The notes beneath the pieces were generated by a model. It was not told the DNA's origin. It worked only from the letters and a program-made list of their open reading frames with translations, and made no database searches. The translations under genes and the position numbers were made by a program. From positions 72,292,001 to 72,356,000 of the forward strand of contig OX597821.1 in NCBI GenBank assembly GCA_951406725.2: 64,000 bases of DNA. The letters run 5' to 3'. Positions 11,815 to 25,576 of this stretch are shown here, piece by piece. Position 1 is the first letter of the stretch, and each line of letters starts with the position of its first letter. This DNA comes from Octopus vulgaris (lineage: Eukaryota).

Positions 11815-13735
11815 GCCCACGTGAAAGCATCTGCTGCATGTGAAAGCTATCTTCCCAGTTAATCTTCCCTTGATGTTGCTGCACCTCTTATGTGTCCATA
11901 GCTTACACTGGGTACATCTTATGGAATTTCTATCTACACCTTTTCTACAGATTGAGCAGGGCCACCAACCTGAAGGTGTGTGTGATGTGTTCGCCTTCCT
12001 ACTTACTAATTCTAAACCTTGCTTCCAGACTTGAAGTTTCTTCTCTAGTTCTGGTAGTGATTCTGCTATGAAGGCCAGATTATAAGCATAGAGGAGGACT
12101 ATGATGAATAAGAGGGGGCTGAGGGCTGATCCTTGGTGGACCCCTACTTCTACCCAGATTTCTTCACTATACTCATTTCCAATCCTAACCCTACTGACGG
12201 CATCTCTGCATAGGGCCTGTACAGCCCTTATTAACCATTCATCAATCCTTAGTTTCCGCATCGCCCACCAGATAAGGGATCAGGGGACCCTGTCAAAGGC
12301 TTTCTTCAAGTCCACAAAAGTCGAATATAGGGGTTTATCTTTAGATATGTATTTCTCCTGTAGTTGTCGTACCAGAAATATAGCATAAGTGGTGCTTCTA
12401 CCTGGCACAAAACCAAACTGCATCTCATCTAGGCAGGCTCTCTACGTAATTAGTTGGGCTATGACCTTCTCCGTGACCTTCAACACCTGATCCAGCAATT
12501 TGATAACCCCTGTAGTTATTTTTATCTAAAGCATCACCTTTACCTTTGTAGTAATTGACTATGATGCTGCTACACCAGTCATTGAGTATGACTCCTTTAT
12601 GAACTACCTGGTTTACAATGCGGGTGACTAGGCCAAAGCCCACACCACCAAATGTTTTAAGCATCTCGGCAGTGATTCATGATGGGCCAGAGACTTTTCC
12701 TGACTTCATATCCTTAATTGCTTTATCTACCAGGGTGCTGCCTATTCGGATAGCTGGTCGCTCTACTGGATCAACATTTGGCAGGCTCTCCTCCCCCAAC
12801 TCATTCTCCACGTTCAACAGTCTTTCATAATGGCTTCTCCAAGCCTCTTTCTTTTCAGAATCATTAAAAGCAAGTGCACCATCATCCATCTGGACACATT
12901 TCTCTCCAGTAACATCACAATTTTCTCTCACACACTATCTTGCAATCCAGAATACTTCAGTTCTTTGGTCCTCATGTCGCTGGACATTGGCAAACTTCTT
13001 CTTTTCTGCTTTGCCCTTGGCTATGTCTACCTGTCGCCCAACCTCCCTTTTCGCTATCTGGTATGGTGCCCTGCTATCCCCACCCTTCAAGGCTTCCCAG
13101 GCCTGTTTCTTTGCTCTGATGGCTTTGTCTACCATATCATTCCACCACCACATTACTCTAGGTCTGGAAGGGACTTTGCACCATCCACAGACTTGGTCTG
13201 TGGCACTCAGTAAGCTGTCTCATAAGAATTTTCAGTTACCTTCTATGTCCAAGGACTGTAGTTCCTCCTCCCTCTCATCAAATTTCTTGGTAAGGATGTC
13301 CCTAAATCTCTGACCATGTAAAGGGTTCTTTAGCTTCCAAATCCTTCTCTTCAGGATTGGTCTGCTTCTAGGCATCCTTCTGGTCTCAAGTCGAAAGTCA
13401 CTAATGACTAGTCTATGCTGGGGCGTGCCTTCCTCACCTGGGAGGGGCTTTGTATTTAAGAGCAACCCTGCACCCCGCTGTCTGGTGAGGATGAAATCAA
13501 TCTGGTTTGCAGAGTCCCCTGGTTATCAGGTGGCTGTCTGGCTTCCTGAAGTTAGTGTTGCAGATTAAAAGGTTACATGCATCACAGAACTCCAGTAGCC
13601 TAGTTCCCTCATCGTTCCGGGAACCAATACCATGGCCCGTGTACACCAGTGAAGATACCAGATTCCCGCCCAACATTCCCGTTAAAATCTCCAGGAACAA
13701 AGATGAGGTCATTGCCACTCATCTTTGAGTTAGCC
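11815..13735 (-). mobile_element. Degenerate RTE-clade LINE (APE endonuclease C-terminus + RT)
   Basis: RNDEGTRLLEFCDACNLLICNTNFRK, QHRLVISDF, WWWNDMVD, GVHQGSALSPLLF; many frameshifts. Confidence 0.9.
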
Positions 13736-13794
13736 CATAAAAGAGTATAATAATTATATATATCTATATATATTTTAATAATTATATATATCTA

Positions 13795-13953
13795 TGTTAT
13801 ATCTTGCAATGTCTCAGAGCAATGAAAGAACCATATTCATTGTGAGAATTCTTACTACAAAAAAAAAGATGTAAAAAGGCAAAGAAAAAGGTTTCTGGCA
13901 GGAACTTGGCATATTTTATGGAGAAGTTACTTCAATGCTCAGAAAAGAAATTA
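13795..13953 (-). pseudogene. Degenerate duplicate of TM9SF4 exon 10 plus its upstream intron flank
   Basis: Aligns by eye to 16270-16443; acceptor AG changed to AA, CGA changed to TGA, donor end missing. Confidence 0.85.
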
Positions 13954-14116
13954 TTGAATGATAGTAATACTATATAAAATTCTCAATTTTGCATAAAAAA
14001 AAAAAAAAGAAACATATTGACAGACAGAACTTGAACCACCAATCTATCATTTGTCAGGCCGCAAGGTTACCAGTTATGACACAAGACATTTGTTTTCTTA
14101 ATTCCCTCAGATTAAA

Positions 14117-14312
14117 GATTGTTTGCCAACATAACGTGGCAGTCCTGTTTTAGGACAAATGCTGCTGTAATCTAGCCCCAGGAGACATCATCTCCAGCTG
14201 GCTATATGACATGATCAGTGTCCTTACAATTTGTGTCGTATAGCTAGCTGGGGCTAAATTACAGCAACATTCGTCCTAAACCAGAACTGCCATGTAATGT
14301 CGGCAAACAATC
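14117..14312. repeat. Foldback/MITE-like inverted repeat
   Basis: GATTGTTTGCC..AGCCCCAG versus CTGGGGCT..GGCAAACAATC; TCCCTCAGATTAA direct repeat on both sides (14103, 14341). Confidence 0.75.
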
Positions 14313-14460
14313 GATGTGAGATTTAAAAATAGTAATTTTCTCCCTCAGATTAATTACAACTGTCAGTCTGCTCAAAGTTCAATTAAAGTAAGAGAGAGAG
14401 ACCTCTTGAAACATTCCATCGTTTTAGCATAACAGACAGCTGATGCAAAATACTACTCAC

Positions 14461-14593
14461 ATATGATGATCAGTGACATACAAAATATTTGGTTTCCTGC
14501 ACCAATTAAAGAAGCCAACAACTTAGGATGGCGGGGAGGACGAAATATATCACCGTGAACCAATTTCCAGCCTGTTTCTTCAAGTGTCTCTTC
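14461..14593 (-). CDS. TM9SF4: TM9SF4 coding exon 11
   Basis: [44 protein letters not shown]; CAG/GTGAGT; 133 nt. Confidence 0.96.
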
Positions 14594-15082
14594 CTGAAAT
14601 AAAATTAATTTTAACAAAATTTTAAGACTACAACATATCAAAGTATTTCAAGAGAAGACTTTTACAATTAATCCTAATTGTGAAAAACCACAACATTGAT
14701 GATAATTAGAATGACTTCTTACTAATCAGTATCGCTGTTATCGCTGACTGAATAAACCTCAATGCATAACTGGTACATATTTTAATGACACCCCCACCCC
14801 CCCCCAGGAGAATGAAAAACAAAGTTGAACAGGGTGATATTTGAACTTGAAACATGAACAGAAACCATCAGATGTGTTTCCAACAAAATAATGAAAATGA
14901 ACAACACTGCATGTATGACTCGTTTCCAACAAACACACAATGACAAAACAAGGAGACACACATTTATTGTACACTGAAATCATCATTACATGAAGAAGGC
15001 TGCAAAACAGCCCTAGTCCTAAGAATGGTATGTCGTTAATAAATACATTGACCTTTCATATCTCCTCACTTGTTATGCTTTA

Positions 15083-15126
<44 letters not shown>

Positions 15127-15135
15127 TGAGTGTGT

Positions 15136-15437
15136 GGAGGCGCAATGGCCCAGTGGTTAGGGCAGCGGACTCATGGTCGTAGGATCGCGATTTCGATTCC
15201 CAGACCAGACGTTGCGAGTGTTTATTGAGCGAAAAAACCTAAAGCCCCACGCAGCTCCGGCAGGGGGGTTGGCGACCCCTGCTGTACTCTTTTGCCACAA
15301 CTTTCTCTCACTCTTTCTTCTGTTGGCCTGCTCGCTTAGCCAGTGGGGTGGCGTCATCTGAAGGCTAAAACAATGTGAAGCGCATTGTGATCAGCGATGT
15401 GTAGCAACATCTGATAGCCTGGTCGGTCACGGTGATA
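15136..15437 (+). mobile_element. tRNA-derived SINE (second copy at 59770-60075)
   Basis: A box TGGCCCAGTGG, B-box-like TTCGATTCC, shared non-tRNA body. Confidence 0.8.
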
Positions 15438-16255
15438 TCATCATCATCATCGTTTAACGTCCGCTTTCCATGCTAGCATGGGTTGAAAGAGTTATGCATA
15501 CAGTAGAATTGTGCCTGTGATCTTGTCATAGATGTTTGATGAAGTTCTTTTAACACTTTACATTACAAAATTCTCTCCAAAATAAAACAAAAGTTAATAT
15601 AATAAATAAAAGGGTGTTTTAAAAGGTTATGATTTCAATCATAATTAAATTGTTCGAAAGTCATTTTTAATTATTTAATTCAAGGAGGTACGATACCAAA
15701 ATATCAACACCAGTATTTGACTTGAAGGGTTGAAAGACTAAGCTGAGGCCAGCAGGATTTGAACTCAGAATGTAAAGAGAGCTGACACTTGAACCATTTT
15801 TGGCTATCAGCACCTTTATCACCGACAACAACAATATTAATAATGATAATAATAATAACCCTTTCTACTATATAGATAAGGCCAGCAATTTTGTGGGGAA
15901 GGGGACAGTTAATTTCATTGATCCTAGGGCTCAAGTGATACTTATTTCATCAACCCTGGAAGGACGAAAAGCAAAGTCAACTTTGACAGGATTTGAACTC
16001 AAAATACCGCTTAGCATTTTATCCAGTGTATTAATGACGCTGCCAGCTGGCTGCCTTAATCGTAATTTTGGCAGAAGACCAGTAATTTTGAGGAGAGAGG
16101 GCAAGTTGATTACATCAACCCCAGTATTTGACTGGTATTTTATTAAATTGAGACCCACCCCCAAAAAGGATAAAAGATAAAGTTGACCTCAGAGTTACTG
16201 GAATAAAACTGAAAGAAATGTCACTAAGCAATTTAAATAATGAGGAATATCTTAC

Positions 16256-16326
16256 GATGTCTTCATCTTTGTTATATCTTGCAATGTCTCGGCGCAATGA
16301 ACGAACCATAATCATTGTGAGAATTC
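16256..16326 (-). CDS. TM9SF4: TM9SF4 coding exon 10
   Basis: (G)ILTMIMVRSLRRDIARYNKDEDI; TAG/GTAAGA; 71 nt. Confidence 0.95.
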
Positions 16327-17762
16327 CTATTGCAAAAAAAAAAAAAGACGTAAAAATGCAAAAAAAAAATTTTAAAAAGGGTTCCTGGCAGGAACTTGGC
16401 ATATTTTATGAAGAAGTTACTTCAATGCTCAGAAAAGAAATTAAATACTTCTAAAAATAAACAAAGAATTTTTTTTCTTTTAATATGAAAAAATAGAACA
16501 ATAGCAAGAAGTTCTGACCATATGATGACAGGTTCAAATCTTAGTAGAACCATTGTATTTTGCACCCTTGAGCAAGGCACTTAACTGCTTGGACCATTTC
16601 CCATGACAAGCAAAATAAAGGAGGTCCTGATCAGAGGAGTTGTTAATGGTGGGATTAGAGTTCAGTTGAAAAACAACTGTTCCAATACAGAAAATTATCC
16701 TAATTATATATCAACATCATCATCGTTTAATGTCTGCTTTCCATGCTGGCATGGGTTGGACAGTTCAACTGGGGTCTGGGAAGCCAGAAAGCTGCACCAG
16801 GCTCCAATCTGATCTGGTAAAGTTTCTACAGCTGGATGCCTTTCCTAATGCCAACCACTCCGAGAGTGTAGAGGATGCTTTTACGTGCCAACAGCACGTG
16901 GGCCAGTCAGGCGGCACTGGCATGGACCATGCTCAAAAGGTGTTTTTTACGTGCCACTTGCACGGGAGCCAGTCCAGTAGCATTGGCAATGACCACGCTC
17001 AAATGTTGTTTTTCACAAGCTACCAGCACGTGTGCCAGTAAGGCAATGATCACACTCGAATGGTGCCTTTTACGTGCCACCGGCATGGGAGCCAGTCAGC
17101 GGCCCTGGCAATGATCACGCTCAGATGTTGCTTTTAATATTCCACTGGCATGAGTGCCAATCAGGCAGTACTGTCATCGGCCACGTCAGCCATTTTGATT
17201 TCACTTATATGCTAAGTTATGGAAAATGGATATAAACTAGGAAAAGCAAAATCTTTATATAATATTTGCTTATGACAGCATAATACCAACATCTGCAGTC
17301 AAAATTATATATAACACTATTGTATTTTTAATGCAGCACATCCTATAAGTGATGTTATCTCAGGACAAATACAGCAGTAACAAGCCTAACAATGGTGTAT
17401 ATACATTAAATATGAAACATAACTATATAACACTATGATTTGCCCTTTAGTATTCAGATTAATCTGTCAAATGTAATGTTTGTTTGTTTATATCGTTTTG
17501 AATTAATCATGCATTATATTGTAATTTAGTGATTTCGACAATGTGATTGTTTATTTTTAGAATGACATTGTGGGGTAGGTGTGAGAGGCCAGACCTGGCC
17601 AGTTTGAACGTAAAACAAGTGAAATATTTTGGCCTGATATGGCCAGTTTGAATGCTAAAGGGTTAAATTAATTTACAGACACGGGGAAGGAAGCATATGT
17701 TGTTGTGACCAATAAAGTATTTGATGAAAATTAAATCTGATCTATGCCAAACTTAGAGGATA

Positions 17763-18131
17763 CTAGCAGCTAAGCCCGGTTTCACCCGGTCTGTTTGGAT
17801 GATGTGGCTGTGATCATTTTCGGTCAGGCATAATCTATAACAGCATTTGTCAACCTTATCATTGAAAATTTCCTGACCCCACCCCGTCAGAAAACAGCTT
17901 TTAGGCAACTGGTTGTTTTAATGGCAGAAGAGGGAAATTCTATTAGAAAAAGTTTTAATCAATTTTCTCAGTAAGTATGGGGGTTATGAAAAAAATACAA
18001 ACTGCATTCCAATCAATGGACCCGTCTCCACATATCTGCCATTTTTCATGCGAATCCACCCAGTCGTTTGGCTGTGAACCTCAAGACAAGAAAGAATATA
18101 ACAATCGCCCATGTCCAATTTATATTATAGA
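17763..18131 (-). mobile_element. Non-autonomous Helitron
   Basis: Minus strand A|TC...hairpin CCGGGTGAAACCGGG..CTAG|T; related copies at 20234-20593 and 33530-33670. Confidence 0.75.
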
Positions 18132-18353
18132 TAGTAGCAAGAAAGTAAAGAGTCTTAATTTCTTAGATTTAAACAAGTCAATGTAGGAGATGAGAATGAC
18201 TAACATGATGTGAAACAACCTTTAGGACAGTTTCAACACAAACCATTGGGTTATTTGCATGCTTTGCAGCTGAAAGTAAGATGGCAATAATCACTGGTTT
18301 TATTAAAATACTTAACGGATTATTTGAGTGTTGAATAATTGTTATGTGCTTAC

Positions 18354-18506
18354 CTGATAAGAAGAAGACAACAACAACTGAATTTATGATAGAAAACCAA
18401 TGGATCTGTACATCACTCATGGCCAAATACGTGTCCCATCTGGAAGCCCACTGGATATGGCTGCTCTGCCAATCCACAGAGTATGAGAAAATCACTTTTG
18501 TTTCTC
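18354..18506 (-). CDS. TM9SF4: TM9SF4 coding exon 9
   Basis: (G)[50 protein letters not shown]; TAG/GTAAGC; 153 nt. Confidence 0.96.
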
Positions 18507-18570
18507 CTAAGAAGAAAAAATAAATTCATTTTAGTAGAATAACAAAATGGTAGACCACAGAATGGAATAC

Positions 18571-18705
18571 TTTAAAGCATCCAGCTACATGTCTTATGGC
18601 ACCCACTCACCTGGCTTTAAAGCATCCAGCTATATGTCTTATGGCACCTACTCACCTGTCTTAAAGGATCTAGTTACATGTCTTATGGCATCTAGTTACA
18701 TGCTT
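18571..18705. repeat. Short tandem repeat, about 3 x 45 bp
   Basis: TTTAAAGCATCCAGCTACATGTCTTATGGCACCCACTCACCTG repeated. Confidence 0.8.
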
Positions 18706-19787
18706 CAGTCCTCAATAATCTTTCCAACAGTCATTCACCCACTCACAAGCTAGACAAATCTTCCCAGCATGCATTACTTCCATGAACAGAGACCCCAATA
18801 ATACCAACCACGACAAAATAGTCACCACCACAACACACGGCAGCTGTCTTCTTCAGTGACAACACTAAAACATTCACAATTCATGAATGTTAAACCTAAC
18901 CTTAATTTCTGAAGACTTTTTATGGCAACCATATAGCAATGATAAGCCAAAAGTTCATCTGAAAGGCTATGTCCTTCTTTAAACCAGAAAATAATTCAGC
19001 ATTGGATGAATGGACCCCAATAAGGGACAAGTGAATCCCACATAATACTGCTTACAAACCTGAGGTAAGGCAGCCATGAGACACACATCCACACACAAGC
19101 ATTTTATAGCACATCCAAATTGGTTAGCAAACTTTCACTCCCCAACACACTAAAACCATTATCCTTCCAACAGGCTGTCCTCACATCACATTGTTGTAAT
19201 ATCTTTCATTTCCAATTATCATCAAACGTCCGTTTTCCATACTGGCATGGGCTGGCCAGCCAGGGAGCTGTCCAGACTCTTAGTGTCTGTTGTGGCATGG
19301 TTTCTACAATCGGATGCCGTTCCTAAAGCCAACCACTTTAGAGAGTGTGCTGGGTACTATTTATGTGCCACCAGCATGGATGCATTTACACAGCACTGGC
19401 ACGAGTGCATTTCATGTGGCACCTGCACCTGGAAAGGAGAAACCTGTATGTAGAGATGGCAGTGATTTTGTGAGAAACATGTCTGCCTCAATAAACCCTA
19501 TATGGCTCATACAAGCATGAAAATGTAGATGATGATCATAATGCTGTATCTTCTGTGCTTCTCTCCCACCTACCATTACAACAACAGTTCTCTAAACTCC
19601 TCTAAAACAATAAGCTATCAACACCCTCACCAAAATCTGCTCAATTCACCTGCCTCTGGTGTCACTGAGACCCAAAGGTGTCAGGTAATGCTGAATAAGT
19701 GCTATAGACAGACCATAGTTAAGTTCCAGATTCGGTAATTTTGTAAATAAAATGTTCAATGTTGGTTCTATGTCAGTGTGTATATAA

Positions 19788-19933
19788 GAATTTTTTTGTG
19801 TAATAAGATAAAAATAAACCAAGGCTGTATAGATATTAGACCATTTATAGATAGAAGGTCTTACAACTAAAATCTATAAATTCTCTAATATCTATACAGC
19901 CTTGTTTTTTTTATCTTATTACACAAAAAATTC
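19788..19933. repeat. Imperfect palindrome flanked by (TA)n
   Basis: GAATTTTTTTGTGTAATAAGATAAAA..GGCTGTATAGATATTAG versus CTAATATCTATACAGCC..TTATCTTATTACACAAAAAATTC. Confidence 0.8.
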
Positions 19934-20186
19934 ATATATATATATATATATATATCTGTAGGGCAGCGAGCTGGCAGAAACGTTAGCACACCAGGCAAAA
20001 TGCTTAACGATATTTTATCTGCCGTTACGTTCTGAGTTCAAACTCCGCCAAGTTCGACTTGGCCTTTCATCCTTTCGGGGTCAATTAAATAAGTACCAGT
20101 AACACACTGGGGTCGATGTAATCGACTTAACCCCTTTGTCTATCCTTGTTTGTCCCCTCTATATTATATTTAGTCCCCTGTGGACA

Positions 20187-20234
<48 letters not shown>

Positions 20235-21487
20235 TACCAGCCAAGCCCAGTTTCACCCGGTCTGTTTGGATGATGTGGCTGTGATAATTTTCGGTTTAGG
20301 AAAAAAAAAAATACAAACTGCATACCGGCATTAGGAAGGGCATCCAGCCGTAGAAACATTGCCAGATCAGACTGGGCCTGGTGCAGCCTTCTGGCTTCCC
20401 AGACCCCAGTTGAACCGTCCAACCCATGCTAGCATAGAAAGCGGACGCTAAATGATGATGATGATGATTCTAATCTATGCCCCCGTCTCCACATGTGTGC
20501 CATTTTTCACTTGAATCCACCCAGCCGTTTGGCTGTGAACCTCAAGACAAGAAAGAATACAAAAGAACACCCATGTCCAATTCATATTATAGATGTATAT
20601 GTATATCCAGAAGTTCAAGAAAAGAACTGACATCATATAACGGTTCAATGTTTACGATTCTGGACTATCATAAAGAAATCAAAATCTTGGAAAAAGCTAA
20701 AAACATTTTCCTGCAATATATAATAAAATCTCTTTATTTAAAAAAAAAATCACCCCAGCCACAGAATTTCTGATGTTTACAAGAGTATTATCTGATAAAA
20801 ACAATCTAATAATCTATAATCATCATCATTGCTTTAATGTCCATTTTTCTATGCTAGCAAGGGTCAGACTGAGTTTATTTTCAACAGCCAGGGGCCCTTC
20901 CTGTTGATAACCCTCACCTGATTCCAAGTAAGACAATATTTCCCTATGGTCTGACATGTTCTTGCAGAATGTTGGAAATGAGTGACACTGCTTGTACGAC
21001 AGTGGCACTCGTTTACTATGAGCATGGAATGTCAAGACGAGGCATCAGCATACACACACACACACTCACTCTCTGTCTCTGACACACACACACATACACT
21101 CACTCTCTCTCTCTCTGACACACACACACTTGTGTGTGTGCGTGTGTGTGATCATTTAACAACCATTTTCCATGCTGATATAGGGTGGATGGAATTTTAA
21201 TGTCACACACACACACACAACAGGCTTCTTTCAGTTTCCATCTACCAGATCAACTCACAAGGCATTAGCCAACCTGGGACAACAGTAGAAGACACCTGCT
21301 CAAGGTACCATGCAATGGGACTGAACCCAAAACTATGCAGTCAGGAATCAAACTTCTCTGCCACACAACCACATTTGTGCCTAATAAATCTAAAATTTGA
21401 AAAATAAATTTTGAAGAAAACAAGAAAAGCAAAACAAAAACAACAAAGAATGCTGAAGAAAATATTCCAAAGTTGCAAAATATTTAC

Positions 21488-21573
21488 CTTTCTCGTTTAT
21501 TTTTTGTGGTTTTGGTTCTTTATTTTTGACAGTGCATTTTTTAGCTTGGACTGTAAGTTCGGAGAAATCAATG
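21488..21573 (-). CDS. TM9SF4: TM9SF4 coding exon 8
   Basis: IDFSELTVQAKKCTVKNKEPKPQKINEK; TAG/GTAAAT; 86 nt, phases fit both neighbours. Confidence 0.88.
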
Positions 21574-22886
21574 CTAAACAATAACAAAAGTGAGAGAATT
21601 AATTTTCAAATGAACAACAACAATTTGTTTGCAAATAATTATTTCTTAATTTAGGAACAAAGTCAGCAATTCTGAAGGGATGGGGTCACTTGAGAACACT
21701 GACAGCTAATTTATTTTTATGAAGCCCTTATGAAGGAGATGGCAAAGGATCAGAAAACGTGGTGAACTGCTGTACGCAAGAAAACGTGGCCACCACTGTT
21801 GAATTGAGACAGTCCAAAAGAGTGACATGCGTGAAGAGGACAAAGGGGCCGAAAGCAAATGATGCAGCGAGTTATAAAAAATTTTACAACAAGGTAGCAA
21901 GAATGACCACCAAATTCAAAGGCGACGATGAACAAAAGCTCGAAAATCTGGCTTCACAAAGCAGTCAGTCGCTCGCTGACACTTGTTGACGCTACATCAA
22001 AGAGGCCAGGGAACAGAAGAAAGAAGACATGCACCCAACACCAGAGCTGAAGAAACCTCCAGGAGGGGGGCACCACATCAAAACGGTAGAGGAGTAGGGG
22101 CCGAAACCGGACGTGGTTCCTCCTGATGATGTCTTGAGTTAACTGGATCCTATAAATGAGCAGACCACAAAACACGGTTGAAATTTCTCAAAACCATGGT
22201 GCCACATAAAATATACTGGTGCTGGTTCCTTGTAAATAGCACCCAGAACATTCTGTAAAGTGGTTGGCATAAGAAAGGACATCCAGCCATAGAACCCAAG
22301 TCAAAACAGACTTTGGACCCAGTGTCAACCCTGGCCTTGCCAGCTCCTATGAAGCATGGAAAATGGACATTAAATGGTGATGATGATCCCTATAAGGACA
22401 AAAGGCAAACATTGACCTCACCAAGATTTGAACTGTGAACATATAAAACCAGAACAAAAACCACTTGAAAGATTCTACCAATCCACCACAATTTCTTACT
22501 TCTTACATTTGTACAAATCTAAAAGATTTAAGGCACAAGTACAGCCACCACAATCCCCGCACCCACAGGTGAAAAGTAAGACATTTTTTTATACAAGAAT
22601 TTGACAACATTCCTCTCAGAAACTTTAGCTGCCAAAGAGAGAAATCATATCATTAGCATCATCAGTTTTTAACTGCCAGACCCACTCGCAAGGATTTGGT
22701 CAGTCTGAGGCTATAGTGCCACACAGTCAAATATCTTCCCACAGAACCATGATAGAGCCTGCATTATTTTCATTCTAATTGAAAGATTAAAGGAAACCTC
22801 TTTCTGAGCTTATAAAGTTAAATTATTGTGCTTTAATCGGGGTGCATTTAGACCAAGAAACTTCAAAGAATGAGAAATAAATTTAC

Positions 22887-22928
22887 CTTTGAGCTTCCAC
22901 TTCAAAACCAACCACTCGGTATTTGGAC
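22887..22928 (-). CDS. TM9SF4: TM9SF4 coding exon 7
   Basis: (E)SKYRVVGFEVEAQ(S); CAG/GTAAAT; 42 nt; YRVVGFEV family motif. Confidence 0.92.
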
Positions 22929-23029
22929 CTGGATAAACAATAGGAGAATTGAGGGATGAATGTTAGAAAATACATTTCTTTTTTTTTTTTATGAGAACAC
23001 ACACACAAACACACACACATATATATATA

Positions 23030-24386
23030 CAGGTATACCATGGCTTAAGTTGTTTCAATTTAAGTCATTTTTTATTATACATCGGTTTTCAAAAATAATA
23101 TATGGAAAGATAAAAATGAAGTTAAGTCATTTTACTCGACTTTATGCCTGTTTGCCACAAATATTGGAGTTGTAAAATCCCTAGAAAACCATTAAAAGCA
23201 CATAGAATCTTGTTACTGTACAATAAATAAGAATAAAAGCATATAAAATCATATTAAAATATGTACAGTAAATGTTAAGATACACACCATAAAGTAATGT
23301 AGCTTAGTAAATGAAATCATTAAATCAGCTGTGTTGCCTTATTTATTGGTCTTTCAGAGCTCATATTGCACTGTAGTTCCAATATCTACCGTTAGCCATC
23401 ACTGTGATTCCCATGATTGTTTTGAATTCAAATTTGTTTACTCCTGTTTATCAGCTACTTTCTCATTCATTTGTGACTTTATTTTTTAATCCCCTGGCTC
23501 CTAAGAAAATTCATAATGAAAGTGCTAAGCGTCACACTGGAAGATAAACTGGCTATGATAAAACGCCATGGAAAAGGTTAAGAAGTCGTAGTAATTGCAT
23601 GATATTTTGGGATGAGTCGGACAACTGTATCAACGATTGTACATAGTAAGGACAAGATTTTAGAACACAGAGTTTTTATTAACCATATATTATTGAAAAT
23701 GCTGGCATCCGTGCTAGCAGGGTGCAAAGAGCACCAAAAGAGCACCATACCAGGGTGACCGTTGACAGAGCAGCTAACCGGTTTCCATGTCAGTGGCACA
23801 TAAAAGGGCACCATTCGAATTACCAGTGTCGCCTTACTGCCACTTGTGCCCAGGCTAGTAGGGTGCCAAGGGCACCATCCGAGCGTGATAGCTGCCAGAG
23901 CAGCCAACTGGCTCCATGCCGGTGGCACATAAAAGGGCACCATTCGAGTGTGATCGTTACCAACATCTCCTTACTGGCACCTCTGCCGGTGGCATGTGTA
24001 AAAAGATTCAAGCGAGGTCATTGCCAGTACCGCCTGACTGGCCCTGTGCTGGTGGCACATAAAAAGCACCCACTACACTCTCGGAGTGGTTGGCGTTAGG
24101 AAGGTCATCCAGCTGTAGAAACTCCGCCAGATCAAGATTGGAGCCTGGTGTGGCCGTCTGGTTCACCAGCCCTCAGTCAAAATCGTCCAACCCATGCTAG
24201 CATGGAAGGCGGACATTAAACGATGATGATGAGGAGGATGATATAGTGTAGAGAACTAGGAATGGTTATTATTGGCCTAGCATAGAAACATGTAAATTCA
24301 GCCTGGCCTAGCCTAGACTTAAGTCGAAAAACAACTTAAGTGGTGTCTCCTGGGACCAATTAACGACATAGGGTGAGGTATGCCTG
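23030..24386. mobile_element. Tigger/pogo-like non-autonomous element with a nested RTE 3' UTR copy
   Basis: TA-CAGGTATACC ... GGTATGCCTG-TA; subterminal CTTAAGTTGTTT / AAACAACTTAAG. Confidence 0.5.
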
Positions 24387-24392
24387 TATGTA

Positions 24393-24427
<35 letters not shown>

Positions 24428-24608
24428 ATACATACACACACATACATATGCTTAAAACATTTGCTAATTGTGGAACGAATGCTGGTTTCTGGCTTATTAG
24501 CATCTAACTATTTAATTTCTTTATTCCACTGAATTATCACTGCTAACAACTATTGCTGTCAAACTAATACAAATACACAAATGAGCTTACACACATTCAC
24601 ACATGCAT

Positions 24609-24647
<39 letters not shown>

Positions 24648-25523
24648 TAATTACTAAACATTTGTAGATACATGGCATTTCATTATGTAAATTGGTATAT
24701 CCAATAACTCAACACCATTGTATGTGGTGGCTATATAAGCAATGTGCTTGGAGGCAAGAATGGATGAGTGCTGATGAAGGGACAAAAATCCCCACCAAAA
24801 TATGGCATATACACGCATTACCTATTTTTGTCTGCCCAGATGCCAGCGCCACCTGACTGGCGTCCGTGTCTGTGACACATAAAAGCACCAACCAATCGTG
24901 GCCGTTTGCCAGCCTGCCCTGGCTCCTGTTCCGGTGGCACATAATAAACACCCACTACAAAATGGAGTGGTTGACATTAGGAAGGGCATCCAACTGTAGA
25001 AACAGTGCCAAATCAGACTAGAGCCTGGTGCAGCCTCCAATGGCTTACCAGACCCCGGTCGAACCATCCAACCCATGCTAGCATGGAAAACGGACGTTAA
25101 ATGATGATAATGATGATGAATCACATTGTCTGTGATACATCTGACATCTTGATACGAAATGTTGTAGCAAAAAATCAGTGCTGGTTATAATTTCTACAGA
25201 ATATCTGTAGAAATAACCGTAACAAAATAAAATCTTAATCACAAGAAAAGGAAAAAGTCACTAAAAATTAAAACTGATTCAAACAAGAATATATTTAAAC
25301 CTTCAAAAAGAAGTTACTGAGACTACAAAGATGATATTTATCATGTCCAGTCACAATTTTCTGTTATCCAGTTATTGCTCAGACCTGTTGTAATAATTTC
25401 TACATTCATAGGATGAAGACTTGTCATTTGTCTCATTTAAAATGAGACTTGTTAAGATAAATTTTTCTGACAAACTCAAAGACAGGAATAAAAACCATTC
25501 TTAAACCAACTAAAATAACTTAC

Positions 25524-25576
25524 TCGTCTTCGGTATGATATTTCAAGATGATTTTAAGATGATTGTTGATGAAAGC
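25524..25576 (-). CDS. TM9SF4: TM9SF4 coding exon 6
   Basis: AFINNHLKIILKYHTED; CAG/GTAAGT; 53 nt. Confidence 0.92.

Noticed and set aside
15136-15210. tRNA gene (also 59770)
   Set aside because: A/B boxes are present but the acceptor stem does not close and a shared SINE body follows.
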